Shown piece after piece: positions 24,596 through 38,700 of a stretch of DNA of 64,000 nt. A program made the translations under genes and the position numbers. The notes below the pieces were generated by a model. The model saw nothing but the letters and a program-made list of their open reading frames with translations, did no database searches and was not told where the DNA came from. Position 1 is the stretch's first letter; each line of letters opens with the position of its first letter. This DNA comes from Mytilus californianus (lineage: Eukaryota), in NCBI RefSeq assembly GCF_021869535.1, contig NW_026262668.1, positions 139,500,001 through 139,564,000 on the forward strand, given 5' to 3'.

Positions 24596-27316
24596 TTTGG
24601 ACAAAACCTGACAGTATTTTACAGTGTTAGAGCTTTGTTTGAATCTGTGACTACTTGATTGTGTTGCATTCCTGTCAGCTTTTTTGTTTTTTGAAAGCTT
24701 TTTGTTATAGAATATTTCATACATGTCACTTATGGAAATGTGATAGAAAAATTGGGATTGGACTAAAAGTAGATAATTGTAAAGAGCTCAAGGTTAAACA
24801 TCATTTTCTATGTAATGATTCAAAATTCTAATTTATTTTATTAATGAAAACATATGCTATTTACACTTTAAGAAAGAAATTCTTTCTATATTATGTTTAT
24901 GTTTTTGAATGTTTTATATGTAAATTAATCTAAAAGTATGGTTTATTTGTGTTTTACTGTAGATTCTCTTTTGAGTTTGATTTAAAACAATTTTTCAGGA
25001 AAATGCTATTATGTATCCCACCAGAGGCAAATTTGTTTGTTTATGCATTATGGTTATCACTATTTATATGTATAAAGATTAATCTGAAATTTTAATGGCA
25101 GGTGAAATTCAAAATAGTCACTTCTTTTCCAGTGAATATTTTTATAAAATTTTATTCAAAATATCAAAATCATATCAAAATAAAGATAGAACAGTGTGCT
25201 TGTTTATGTAATGTTATTGTTTTAAAATACCAAATGTTTGAAGGGAAATTGTAAATAATTTCTGTTGATTTTCCATAAAAAATGTGGAACACCCATCATC
25301 ACTATTTGTGCCATAATTCTTCTGCTTTTATATGACAAAAAATACACAAGAGAAAGAAAAGTGTTGGTTCAAAAAGTTACCAAGACTATATTTATGATAA
25401 CATTCAGATTACCTTTTCATAACCAAAAGTACTATGCAGGATTAAATATTTGTACACCAAACTCACAATTAAATGACACTATTGGTTGAAAATCTATTGT
25501 GAAATATATATTTATGTTGAATTAGTTGATTAATGAGTTGTAAATAAGGTGACAAGTCCTTCCTCATAGTTTATCCTTTGTATGTTATGCAAAGGGAGAC
25601 AACTTATAGTTAGATATTTGTGTATTAAAGAAGTTCTTGCTTACTTAATAATTTCAATGTGAAATTTTAAAGTTGGTAATTTTTTGATGAACTTGACAGC
25701 AATAAGACAAGGAGAAGAAGTGTTAAAGTTATCACAAAGGTTTATTTTAAAATACACTTTATATTTACTTTTTTTACACATTTAAAATAAATTGTTTTGT
25801 CTTGATATTTGTTTTATATTGGAGAAAGGTCTGAATTGGATAAATTTCGTGCCTTCTAACAGGAACATAATTCTTTTAGTGTAAAAATTTCAGTATTCAA
25901 AACATTAAATTAAAAGTCTGTTTGAGACATAATTTGTATTTATTTTGACCCATTGGCTCTTTTAGTTTAAATGGAAATAATGTGATCACCCCAAAAAAAA
26001 CATGATTCAGTTTTTATGATAAAAGCATAAATGAACTAAAGAGTAAATCTATTTCAGAAATACAAAAAACATGTAAATGTGGAATAATGTGCAATTGTAG
26101 GACATTAAAATAGTATAAAACTAATAATTTACTAAATGAGTTGATATAGGTGTTCTTATATACATGTATTAATTTATGTACTTTTAGCAATATATTTTCA
26201 TCTAACATACACTAATATTTAAATATGTGATACTCTAACAGTATTTCCATGGTTGATAAGTGTATTTAGTTAGTTTTATGTCATAAATATACAAAAGGTC
26301 AACAATACATAATTGACACCAGATCTGGAAATTAAATATTTTTGTAAGGCTTTAGACTTTTGATGAAGCCAAATATAATTTTGAGATGATTAAATGATCC
26401 GTCCAATTAATGTTGTACTTATATGCTGATTCATCAAAACCTGTTTACGTAGTTAGAAACCATTTTAAGTAGAGTTTGTAATTATTTTTAGTCGGGCTTA
26501 AAGGAAGTAGTGAATATAAAAAACTTTGTGTGTTTTTAACTTATGAATATTTTAAGCTTACATGCCAGGATGTAGTGTAACACAATGACTTCATTTGTGA
26601 TTTCACCTTTGTTTCTAAACCAGAAAACTTAAGAGTTGGGAGTGGGTGAGAGGGTTATAACAATAACAAGCATATAGATCTGATTAATTAAAATATCTCA
26701 GAGCTAAAAATATATCAGTTTTGAGAATGAATTATAGGTTTAAATGAAATAGTGGATTCTGATGGTTATATTCAATACATCTAAACTATCTGTAATCAAT
26801 AGAAATCAAATGAAAATCCCACCATGCAGATTGCACTGCTTATTATACATTTCTTTCCTTTTTTCAAAAATGGATCCAAAATTTACAACATTTGTCTCTT
26901 TGTGTAAGCAGAACTGATTTTTAACCATCAAATCAATGCAATACTTATTTATCAATGTATTAAATATTTGATAGAAATACTAAAACCATAAATAAAGATG
27001 TCAGTAGGCTCATCTACAGAATTATAATTGTAATTGACACTACCATTTTGTTGTTATTCAAGAATTGTTTATTATTGATGACATAGTTTTGATTTATTAA
27101 TGCTTATTATTCAATATTTAGAAGGTCATGGCTGTGTAATTTTAGTACTTGCTCAAGTTTGTTTTTTACTCCCCGTTTTTATTGGTTGTCATAGTAATCT
27201 TTTTTAATAATTTACATGCAGTTTTGTATTACATTCCAAATATAACACAATTGTGATAAATTATAGATTTTTAAGCATTTATTTATGTAATTTAACTTTG
27301 TGTTGTTACTGACCAA

Positions 27317-27338
27317 AATAAATTATTTGTGGAATAAA
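27317..27338 (+). promoter_or_regulatory. Candidate FTCD polyadenylation signals (tandem AATAAA); other candidates at 25179 and 25786
   Basis: AATAAA at 27317 and 27333 followed by TG/T-rich sequence; chance occurrence is likely in DNA this AT-rich. Confidence 0.3.
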
Positions 27339-27899
27339 AGTTATTGCCTATTATGTTATATTGTTGAGTTTATACATCCTCACCCACTTATTATGATCCT
27401 TTGTTATCATGAGCCATCTGTCCAAAGTCAACCTCTAAAATTATAACCTCTGCTGAAAATATTTTCCAGTTAGGAATATCTTAGCCTTTACCTTTAAATT
27501 CTAACCCCATTAGTCAATCATCATGGCCACTGCTACTGAAAATAGAACATAACTGTTAAAGAGAGGTGGAAGATACAAAAGGTATATTCAAACCCACAAG
27601 TTGATAAAAAACTGAAAAATCATCAATATTGCATTAAACTCCTGAGCCTCATGATCAACAGTTTCTATGGTAATTTCCTTTCTGAGTGATTAAGATACAA
27701 TGGTAAGACCAAATGTTGGTCAGCTGGTTAAATTCAGATAATCTTCTATATTGTGAAAAGAATGATAGAACTTTTCAAATAGTTTTTGTCTTGCCTACAA
27801 AGAAAATAGCTGAGGTGATGCAAGTAATTCCAACTTTCCATCATCCTTGGTGTCAACATTTTAGATCATTTTGTGGTTAAAGTTATCTTAGGTTATTGA

Positions 27900-28330
27900 T
27901 TTATTGATTGATTGTTGCTTTCTTAACGTCCAGCAGCAATTATTTCAAGATAATTAAGGACCAGGAACCATTAAAAATTAATGCAATAGGTAGGTTCTGC
28001 AGTTAGGTCAACTGGGGTGAAGGATGGGAAACTTGGACTGCCACTACAAATGATGGTATACTGGATAAGGACAGAAATTTAGCATTACATCAGACCACCT
28101 ACAGACATCAAAGAGTCGTTGCAAGTGTTCTTCAATGTACAGAGAGAGTGGCATTGTATAGGAGGGATCATATTTTAAAACATCCCAATTCCAACCATAC
28201 ATTGCTGCGTATTTATGCAACCTTTACAGCTAAAAGGATACCCCACTTCGGTAAGGGTTCTATTGCTTGTCGGAAGAAGACCAAGGTGACCATATATCCC
28301 AGTCACCCTGTGGATATTTTAGACATCAAT
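27900..28330 (-). mobile_element. SINE/LINE-like fragment with (CAAT)n tail
   Basis: On the minus strand, ctggacgttaag...caatcaatcaat matches the 3' tail of the SINE at 45682-45979; a similar tail is at 33205-33265. Confidence 0.45.
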
Positions 28331-28559
28331 AACTGGGTCAAAAAAATTTCATGAAATTTTACGAAACTTTTGTCAATAACTTTTCCATGATCAAGAGAGA
28401 GCATCCAGCGCAAAATTTTGAAAATATAACATTTAACATTTAGATACATACAGTCTGGGATTAAAGGTTTTTTAGCACATCAATAACTTTCTCCCAACAT
28501 TCAAAGAATTTATAAAACTAGGAAGAATCTTTTTTCAAAATCAATAATTGCATTATCCT

Positions 28560-28975
28560 TTAACTTTACGTTCCCCTATTCTAGATGATTTTCACTCACT
28601 AAATAGTCCAAAGTTTGGCAACTATGCTAAACGCATCTATTCCAACGAACTTGACATAAAGGTATCACATATGAGTTTTGTATACAAAAAACAAGTCTAG
28701 CGTACTAAATTATGACCTTGGTATCTTTGATGAGTTTTCTTTTTCATATCTTAACTTGCATCTAGAAATTGACAATGAGGGTCTACGATAAAACGGATGA
28801 TTTCACGGACACCATCATGAGTAGGTAATGGAATATCGGTGGCACAGATGACCAAGGATATGTTTTTGGTTGGGTTTGTATTGCTCAATCTTTTTCTATG
28901 TGGTGTTTTGTGAGCTTGTTCGTCTTTTTTTTTCTATTTTTGCCATGGCGTTGTAAATTATTTTACGACTTATCA
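28560..28975 (+). mobile_element. Decayed Penelope-like RT C-terminus / 3' UTR fragment
   Basis: cgcatctattccaacgaacttgac and catctagaaattgacaatgaggg match the fragments at 42170-42925 and 47630-48290. Confidence 0.55.
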
Positions 28976-29249
28976 GGCCAAGTTGACCTTAGATTGATTT
29001 TGCTATTTTTTAGGTTCTTTTTGGGGAGCAAATTTACCGTATTTTTCTATTTACTTAGGAATGGTTATATATTTGTTGTCATCATTCTTTTATGTACTGT
29101 CTGCTGTAAAATATTTTAAAACTTAAGATATCTTTTTCAAACCTCCACGGAATACAAATCTTGGACAGACGCTACTTCAAAATAAAGAGATAGCAATCTG
29201 AGTAAAGTTATTGTTAGTTTGATAATGAACTGATAAATGAACTGATATA

Positions 29250-29610
29250 AAAATAAGGAGATGTGGTATGATTGCCAATGAGACAACTATCCACCAAAGT
29301 TCAAATGAAGTGGATGTAAGCAATTATAGGCAACCGTACGGCCTCCAACAATGAGAAAAACCCATACCGTACAGTCGGCTATAAAAGGCTCCGACAAGAA
29401 AAATATGAAACAATTCAATTGAGAAAACTAACGGTCTAATTTATAACAAAACAATTTACGAAAAACAAATATGACAGACAAAACGACAACCACTGAACTA
29501 CAGGCTCTCAACTTGGGACAGACACATAAAGAATGTGGCGGGTGAAACATGTTTGTGAGCGCTCAACCCCCCCCCCCCCCCCCTTACCTGGGACAGTGGT
29601 GTAACACTAC
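29250..29610 (+). repeat. High-copy interspersed module (aagatgtggtatgattgccaatgagacaact...); also at 23505, 44560, 46540, and reversed at 20890 and 33780
   Basis: Shared 30-40-bp core seen in multiple positions and both orientations. Confidence 0.7.
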
Positions 29611-30404
29611 AACATAGTTGAAACAGGCTGAGTTTTTTTAAGTCAACATTACACTCTAACACTTACATCAGAAATTGCAGACGAGACATAGGTTTCAATG
29701 ACATTAACAAATCGATGGACATGCATTTGACAGCTATCGCCCCTTTAAAGGACAATTCCGAAATGTACACGCTTTATAACAGTCAAGTGGGAAATAGTCA
29801 TACCTACTCATATTAAATTCCTGCAAGAAATTACACAATTGATGTGTAATATAAATTTTGACCATTTTAAGATAAATATCCTTTGTGTAAAAGTTTTAAG
29901 TACGGCGGGTATTACGTTACTTGAAAGTGAGTCTTAACTGCAGACGCGCATATATATATATCGAACTAACCTTTAAAGAAATATTTACTCCATAAAATGG
30001 AAGGATTAATGTATGTTTGCTGCATCAATTTTTATAATGTAACATAACATTTTATTCAAAAGCTTATTGATAAGGGAACAAAAGGGTCGCAGCAGTCTAT
30101 ACCATACATGCGTATGACGTATAAGGTATCTCTGTAATTAGGGGATGAATGGTAGCAGCAGTCCATTCCATTATTCAATAATATGCTATTTCTTTATTTT
30201 TCACGCATATTTTGGCATTTAGGTCCTCCGTAACCCCTCTTATTGGCCTTGTGGCACATATTGACACCTTTTGTTCCTTTATCACAAAGCTTTCAAATGA
30301 CGTATAGGTTATCTCTGTAATTAAGCATATTTTGGCATTCAGTTCCCCCGTTACCCTGTAATACAAGCGTGTAGATTTTCCGATGGGTAAATTTACATTA
30401 GTAG

Positions 30405-31172
30405 CTCGACTCCAATCTTAATTGACTAGGATTGTTAGTTTTCCTACCGAAGATCGGTGGTTCTATAACCGGAAGAAAAGTGACGTTTGGAACTTTTACT
30501 ATAATTCGCAAAGTGCTTTATATGAACTCTCGTTTTTAGATTGAATATTTCTATGAACTCTCGTTTTTGATTGAATATTTCTATGGACTCTCGTTTTAGA
30601 TTTAAATTAAATATTTCTTGTTTTACATGTTTCTTTATTCTTAAATATAATGTTTCTTCGTTTCAAATACCCAAATAGATTATAGATTTCAGTAATTTAC
30701 AACTTAATCCGATGGCAGTTAAAAGTGCGAAAGATAATACACGTATCTTGCACTCAACTACAAAAGAAGCAATTATCGCTATTTTACTAAGTTTAGCCGG
30801 AGGACAATAATCCGATTATTATTACATAAGATTGGACAATAATGCTTTTATCTTACGAGAACCTTTTATAATGTTTTAATATCCTTAACTTTGGATTAAT
30901 GTATATTTGTTTTGTAAACTGTTGCTTGGTCAGTCTTCCCCTAGCTATCAAACTGTACACTTATTAATAAATTTGTATATACTGTATACGGTCTTGCGTT
31001 TAATGCAGCCACATTGTCGATTATAGACCAACAGACTTTAATGTAACCCGTACCGAAATTTACGGCTCTCCGGGCACTCCGGCTTCCTCCACCAATAAAA
31101 ACTTACGGCTTCACCAAATAACACAATAGTGCTCAAAGTGGCGTTTAACACCAATCAATAAATCAATCAATC
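30405..31172 (+). mobile_element. 5'-truncated tRNA-derived SINE split by a 601-bp insertion (30465-31065)
   Basis: 30405-30464 and 31066-31172 join to give the sequence of SINE 49039-49300 (…ggtggttct|ctccgggcactcc…). Confidence 0.85.
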
Positions 31173-31354
31173 TTTCCATGAATAGTGCGAAACAGAACTA
31201 ACACACAGGTAAATTTTGTTTATTTCTGTGAAATGTTATGAATGTATTGTTTGATTTAAACAGGTGAAAAACATTTAAATAATTTTGCAAAAATTGATAT
31301 ACATTTTACTATGATATCATTTGGAAAAAGTATGACCCTTCCATATGAGATAAT

Positions 31355-31740
31355 ACCATCAATTGGTGTATGTCATTGTCTTATTTCCTTGAAGAATAAC
31401 TGTATTGGATTACTTTATCCATGCACTAGGTAATTTCTTACCATCACTTGGTGTCTGTCAATGTCTTATTTCTCCGAAGAATAAATTCATCAGGATCCTT
31501 TTGCCATGCACTAGGTAATTTCTTGCCATCACTTGGTGTCTGTCATTGTCTTATTTCCTTGACGAATACATGCATCAGGTTACTTTTGATATGCACTATG
31601 TTTTTTCTTGCCATCACTTGGTGTCTGTCATTGTCTTATTTCCTCGAAGAATAAATTCATCAGGATCCTTTTGCCATGCACTAGGTAATTTCTTGCCATC
31701 ACTTGGTGTCTGTCATTGTCTTATTTCCTTGAAGAATAAC
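31355..31740 (+). repeat. 85-bp minisatellite, about 4.5 copies
   Basis: gtcattgtcttattt at 31372, 31457, 31542, 31627, 31712. Confidence 0.95.
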
Positions 31741-32404
31741 TTCAGACATATGCAGATAACACGAATTATCCTTTGTTTATTTGTGTATAATTTTTCCAGG
31801 ATAAATTACAGTATATAGGACATTGGAGTTCGGTAATTTTATCATACTTGTTTTCCATAAGAAAATTTATTTTACATACTGATTTTGATATTGTAACTCT
31901 CCCCCCCCCCCCCCCAAAAAAAAAACAAAAAAAACTAAACAAAACAAAACAAAACACTTTAATAGTCCTTCCTTAAAAATCCTAACTTAACAAAGGATAA
32001 TTTACACTTAGTATGGAAGAAGTAACCTAGTGCAATGATTCCTCTGGAAATTATACACTAGTGTAACTTATCCTCTGGAAAAAATACACTGGTGGAAGGA
32101 ATACACTGTAACAACCCCTCTAATCGGCATTGTGGTACCTATAGACTCTACCTTTTGATCCTCTATCAATAAGCTTTCGAATGGAATATAAGTTATATCT
32201 CTAATCAAGGGATGAAGAGTCGCAGAGGTCCTTTAAAAAATATATCGTCTTTTTTTTTGCCGTCTTTGTTAGATTAGTATGTTGAATTTTTTTTATCAGT
32301 TTGTTGTATGTAAACACATGTTAACATTCAAAGACGTCAAGAAAAACATATTAACATCATACTCGGGTGAACATGTTTATTATTAGATTATGTTAAACAC
32401 TTGC

Positions 32405-32737
32405 TTATGGGTGTAAAAGAACACCAGAGAACGAAGTAAGGCGTACTCCTGTTGATCCTTCACCATGAGAACCATCAGCACCCTCAGTGAATACCACATC
32501 TCCTGCTTTTAGACGAATGATAACTGTATTTCCGCCTTGGAGATCCTGTGTGTCATGAAACGAGTCTACTACTGCATCAATAACGTTTGCACTATTGACC
32601 ATAAGATAGATATAAGCACCTCTAGCTACAGTGTCGCCTCTCTGTCCAATACTGAAAGACAGCAAATACATGCCACTCTCCGGACATGTAAAAGAACCTG
32701 TATGTACATTGTATCCATTTCCTTCATTGGTAATTAT
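32405..32737 (-). CDS. C1q-A exon 4, globular C1q domain, stop TAA
   Basis: ggtgtag acceptor; IITNEGNGYNVHTGSFTCPESGMYLLSF...SFSGVLLHP*; AATAAA 24 nt after the stop (32376-32381). Confidence 0.95.
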   Translation of the reverse strand: MITNEGNGYNVHTGSFTCPESGMYLLSFSIGQRGDTVARGAYIYLMVNSANVIDAVVDSFHDTQDLQGGNTVIIRLKAGDVVFTEGADGSHGEGSTGVRLTSFSGVLLHP

Positions 32738-35700
32738 CTACACCAATAATTAAAAACATAATAAACATAAAGGAAATTTGTAAAAAAATATGGACAAACG
32801 ACTGTCTTTCGCGAAGAATGTTAGAGCAGATATGGTTTATCCATTAATGACACTGCACAATATCACTCCACACACATGAAGAAAGAAACAAAGCATAAGC
32901 AAATGAACAGCGCTTTGATTGCTGTTCTTTATCTCAAAATCATAGTACGGTCTTAATCGTGGATCAAAAACCTAACCAGATGGCTCAATCACCGGTTTAG
33001 CAGATCTCTTTGCTAGATGTCGAGACGCTACAGCTGTACATCGGAAAACACACTACGGAGTAATACCAACAAATTTAAATCATACCTGGAAAACAAATCT
33101 AAAAATACGGTTATACATTGCTTGACAATCGAATTGTTAAAAATAGTAACATTACAAACATTATGACAAACACAAGGCAATACATATCAAGATAGTATTA
33201 ATTATTCAAGATTGATTATTGTTTGTTGAACGTTCAGTGACAACTATTTTATGCATATTCTGGAGGAGAACAAATATTTAGGTTCTGACAGGATAATTTC
33301 GGCAACCACCAGAAAATGATATGTTGGATAGGGAGAAGAAATTGTATTTTGCCACAAGACACCTGCGGACCCCTCTAAGAGTTTTTGCAGGATTCTTAAA
33401 CAACAAAGTTCATGTTACTCTCAATACACGACGCATCATATTTAACATCCCCATTCCACCCGGACATTGCTCTTGCACTATCTGTAAGAACTGCAAGTTA
33501 TCTGTGTTTTACTCCTTTTTGTTAGTTGTAGTTTTTTCAGCCCTTTATGTCGATCTTATAAGTCAAGTCCTTTTCAACTGATTTTCATAGTTTGTTCTGA
33601 TAAGTGCCTATCCAATGTTAGGAGCCTGTAATTCAGTGGTTGTCGTTCGTTGCTGTATATCATATTTGTTTTTCGCTTATTGTTTTTTTAGAATAAATAT
33701 GGCCGTTAGTTTTCTCGTTTGAACTGTTTTATATTTGTCATGTCGTAGCCTTTTATAACTTGCTATGCGGCATAGGTTTGGCTCCTTGTTTAAGGCCGCA
33801 CAGTTACCTATAGTTGCTACCTTCTACATCATTTGGTCTCTGGTAGAAAGTTGTCTCTTTGGCAATCATACCACATCTTCACATTTTTATAACGAGAGAC
33901 AAACTATGTTGATATAACATGGAAACAAGATTTGGTGAAGCAATTGATGTCAAAAATCACTACACGCGCATAAATCCTCCCTAATAGACAAGACCAATAC
34001 AGGATCTGGACCTGCGTCGCTATATGTGATTGATTGAGGTTATATGTTTACTGAAGCATAACTGATCATTCCCTTCCATAGAAGGGAAGAACAATTTGAC
34101 AAACATATTCCTTTTATAGTGTTGTAAAATTAAAAACTATTGACAATCAGGAAGTGACTGCATGGCTGATATATAAATTGCTTACATCTCAACATTATCA
34201 AGCTTTATACCAAATATAAAATCATTCCCATCCTCATTTTATGATACCAAAGGCCAAGTCAAACATAAGACAATCATGTGACCAACAGAACATAAGTCGA
34301 GGAGCAGACAAACAACAGTCACCAAAAATTCTTCACAGAAAGCTTAAGATTAAACTACATAAACACCGGGTGTGAACTAAAGTGCCGAGAAAGAGTGCGC
34401 CCTTCCTTGTTCATGGATAGTTAAAATCCGCTCATGAAACGTATTATGTGAAGTACAAAACACTGAATACAGGATTGTGTTTACGATAAGTGGGACATAT
34501 ACATGTCATCTGTGACACAGATGTTCAATTGAGGACACACATGTCATGATGGTGTTCGCACAACATTCGTAGAAATGACTTAAACTTGCGATGAAGAAAC
34601 CTTAGTTTAATAGCTTCCTGGTAAGCAGCATACGCTATAACGGAAATCATGATACAAAACTCGAGCTGTGGATTATAGTGTCAAAGACGAAATAAGTATT
34701 CTATCTGCAGGAGCTTTTGGGATGTTGATGTTGATGCACACAATGGAATGTTCACTAATATGTTCAATTGTAATCATCTATTCTATCGCAAAGCTTAGTT
34801 CTCAACTGACTATCATAGGCCAGCAAATTCAAGACGGTCACTTCGTATTTTCATACAAGAAAGGAATACATGTGATACCGGATAAGTCGTCGGCAACGTT
34901 CAATTATCCTTTCCCCGTTTGGGACAGCACCTGTCGAGAATACCGCGGGAGCTACGACGTCGCATTGTACCTATTGTATCTAGGGTTCATGTCAGTGCGT
35001 GACGTAGCCTTAGCACTCAGATATATATATGAAGTAAACGTTAAACAGTATGGTTGTGTTCTGATTTCTATATTACGTTAGTTGATTTAGCCCCGACATT
35101 AAAGGTGCCACGACCGGGATTACATTGAAGATGGAGAAATTAAAGAATATTAGGACTTGAAATAGAAGTGCAGTGACAAGACTTTTCCGAAAATTCGAGA
35201 AGGCGAAGGAAACCACGAACTTTGACAGTGATAAACTACTGGCAATATACGATAATCTTACGCAAAAGAAGAAATTTTTGGAAAAACTGATGGAACAGAT
35301 ATTGGAAGCAACAGATTCAGACGACGTTGAAAGTGAAATATTAGATACGGATGAGTATTCAAATAATTTTGAAACTAAAAAAAATAAGCTTAGACATCTT
35401 TTGCAATTTTATAAATAATGGTCAAAACCCTGCACAACGGTTCAATGTAACACAATCTTCATATTACTAAACGTAGAAAGCTCTCTTTTCCGCCCAGCAA
35501 ATGTTGATAATTTTCAAAACACAACACCATTCTACGCTTCATCCGCCGCTCAACCACAGACAAGCTACAATGGCTCTGATTCAGGTCGTATTGTTCCACA
35601 GAATATCGCTAGTAATCAACGTTTACCCAAGTTATCACTACCTCAGTCTAATGGCAACATTCTAGGTTGGCAAACATTTTGGGATTCTTACGAATCCGTT

Positions 35701-38700
35701 GTACATTTCATTACTTCATTGACAAACATAGAGAAATTCAATTATCTTAAATCGCAACTTGAAAGCGAAGCATTGAATATGGTAACAGGATTTGCGCTAT
35801 ATATATGGAGGCTATAAATATACTCAAGGAACAGTTCGGATAAACACACATAATTAAGGAAGCCTACTTACAAGCACTTTTAGATATTGCACAATCACGA
35901 TACACCTTATCAAACTTAAGATTATTTTATGATCGTTGTGAAGCCTTACGTAAGAGGTTTAGATTTGCTCGGACAACCTGAGTCGTCATATGGAACTTTG
36001 CTGGTACCGTTTATCATGAAAAAGTTACCTAGCGAAATCAGACAACATTTAGCCACAGAACACGGACCGTCAAGTCGGAATTTGAAAGATTTGAGAAAGA
36101 GCATATTGAACGAAATTCAAATCATGGAGAAAATACAGGTACATATCTTGAGTCTATGGACCGTCAGTTCGCAACCACATCTACATGTACATTTCACACA
36201 GGAAAGAAATCAACGCGAGAAAACACAGTACACAACGCGAAGAAAGCCCAACCTCGGAATACTACGGAGAGACCATGTGTGTAAAGACATACATGCACAT
36301 GCACACTGTACCCAGGTTAGTGACCTCAAAGCCCGCATATCTACCGTAAAACGTGATTATTTATGATTTAACTGCTTAGAAAAATCATTCTTATGAGTTT
36401 AAATAAAAAAACAAGTGTCGACACTGTAACAAGAGACACAATTCTAGCTTATGTAATGCAAGAAACCATGGTAACAGAGAAACTGCAAGCAACCAAGATA
36501 AACAGAACAATCAAAGTCATTTTCAATCTCATCCGTCAACCTCATTAATAACACTGAAAACATAGAAGATGCAAAAATTTTAATTCTTCAACACAGATGC
36601 GCACAAATGTGCTCCAAAAAACGGATGTAGCTCCTGTATGGTCAGGTAATATATGTATGTATGGATACTTATGTTTTATTTGATGAGGGTGCACAACGAG
36701 CTTTTTTAACAGATGATCTAGCGAAAAAATTGAATTTGAAAACTGAAGGATTTAATGTTGTACACCTATCAGCGTTTGGAAAGGACAACACAAGCACGAG
36801 AGAACTACGCAAACCCACAATACACATGGAAACAGAAAAGCGTAAATTTCCGATTAAAGTTCTAACCTACCATAGCAGATTCACTTCAGAATCATATGCG
36901 GTACGTTAACAGAGATATGAACTATTTTAAAGGACTAAGACTCGCTCATACAGTTACCATAGAAGATTCTTTTGAAATTTCTATCAAGATTCGTCAATTG
37001 AATATTTTGGAGACAAATATTCGGCAAAACACCATGGAAACAAGTTTGCAAAGAATTACCATCAAATTATAATGTCACAAAAAGGAGAATGGAGAGCGTT
37101 ATTAGAAGAATAGGCAAAGATGCGGTCATGCTAAAGAATGAACAGGAACGTCGCCGCGGATTTATTGAGAGGGTTGATGAATCAGAAGCGACAATTAACA
37201 CACCATGCCGTAGTCACGAAAGATTCCAGTACAACACTAATACGCATAGTGTATGACTGCAGTTGTAAGATGTATCAAAATCAACCTAGTCTTAATGATT
37301 GCCTAATGAGCACTCCCCCAGAGTTAAATGACTTATCGAAGATCTTGCTAATATTTCGACATTACTACCGTTATTGAGAAGGCTTTTTACTTGTAGGACT
37401 CAAGTCAAAGAAGACCGAGATGTAACCCGATTTCAATGGTTAAGTAACTCTTCCGATGTAACCAGTCCGTTAATGACGTATAGATTCAAGATAATACTAT
37501 TCGGAGCAATTTGCTCACCATTTATCTTGAGCGCTACATTGTTGAAATATTTGCAGCAAAACCAACAGTAATACCGCGAAAATGCTTGAACGGGATTTAT
37601 ATGTGGATAAAATTTTGACTAGCATTGAAAAAGAGAATGAAGCTTTAAACTTCTTTGAGCACGCAATGGAAATGATGATGAGAAAGGCAGTAAAACTTGG
37701 AACTAAACGTGAACTATTGAGATATTCGTCAGGAATTTACGATCCGCTAGTAGTCCAGTCACAATTACGGTTAAAATGTTTTTGCAAGGATTTTGGAACT
37801 TTGATTAAAATGGGACAGTTCAATAGAAGCGGACCTATGTAACCAATGGATGAGTATACGAATTAATATTGAGACCGCAACACAATTAAAATTTCATAAA
37901 TATTACTTTACTGAGACTACAGGATCAACACATCACAGTCTTCATATATTTGTCGACGCAAGTGCAAAGGCATATGGTGCAGTAGGATACATATAAAACG
38001 GACATGAGAAAGCACTTGTAATGGCCAAGTCACGAGTAGCACCCTTAAAGGAATTTACACTCTCACAACTTGAGCCAATGGCAGCCGTAATCGAAGCACG
38101 CTTACCTAAACACATTCAATCAACGAAAACGTCACGTTTTGGTCCAATAGCCAGATCGTTTTACACTGGCTTAAGTCAACAAAGACATTTAAACGTTTCC
38201 TACAAAATCGCGTGAATGAAATAAACCAATTGACAAAATCATGCAAATGAAGGTATTGTCCTACAAGAGAGAATCCAGCTGATCTAGTAAGATGAGGGAT
38301 ATCTGCCGAACAAGACACAAACAGCACATTATGGATTAAAGGTCCGTATTGGTAAACAGACAGTTCAACTTACCCAAAATCAGCATCAATCGACACGTCT
38401 TTATCAGTTTTGTTAACAGAAAATGAAAATATTTGCCAACCGAAGGACGATTCGATTTGTCAACTTAGAATTAACTTCAAGTCCTTTTTAATTAATCAAA
38501 ATATAATTTTAACTAAACAACTGAAGAATTTTAAATCGGTTGCCATAGCAACAATGTACCGGAATCTGCAATTACAAATAATAATGACTAAATCTTTTTC
38601 TTCCTTTCGTAAGGAAAACTACATTAATGCTAAGAAAGTGAATAACAAGATATATAATAAACCATCAAGCTGTGTATTATTTATTATGCTTTCTAATGTT

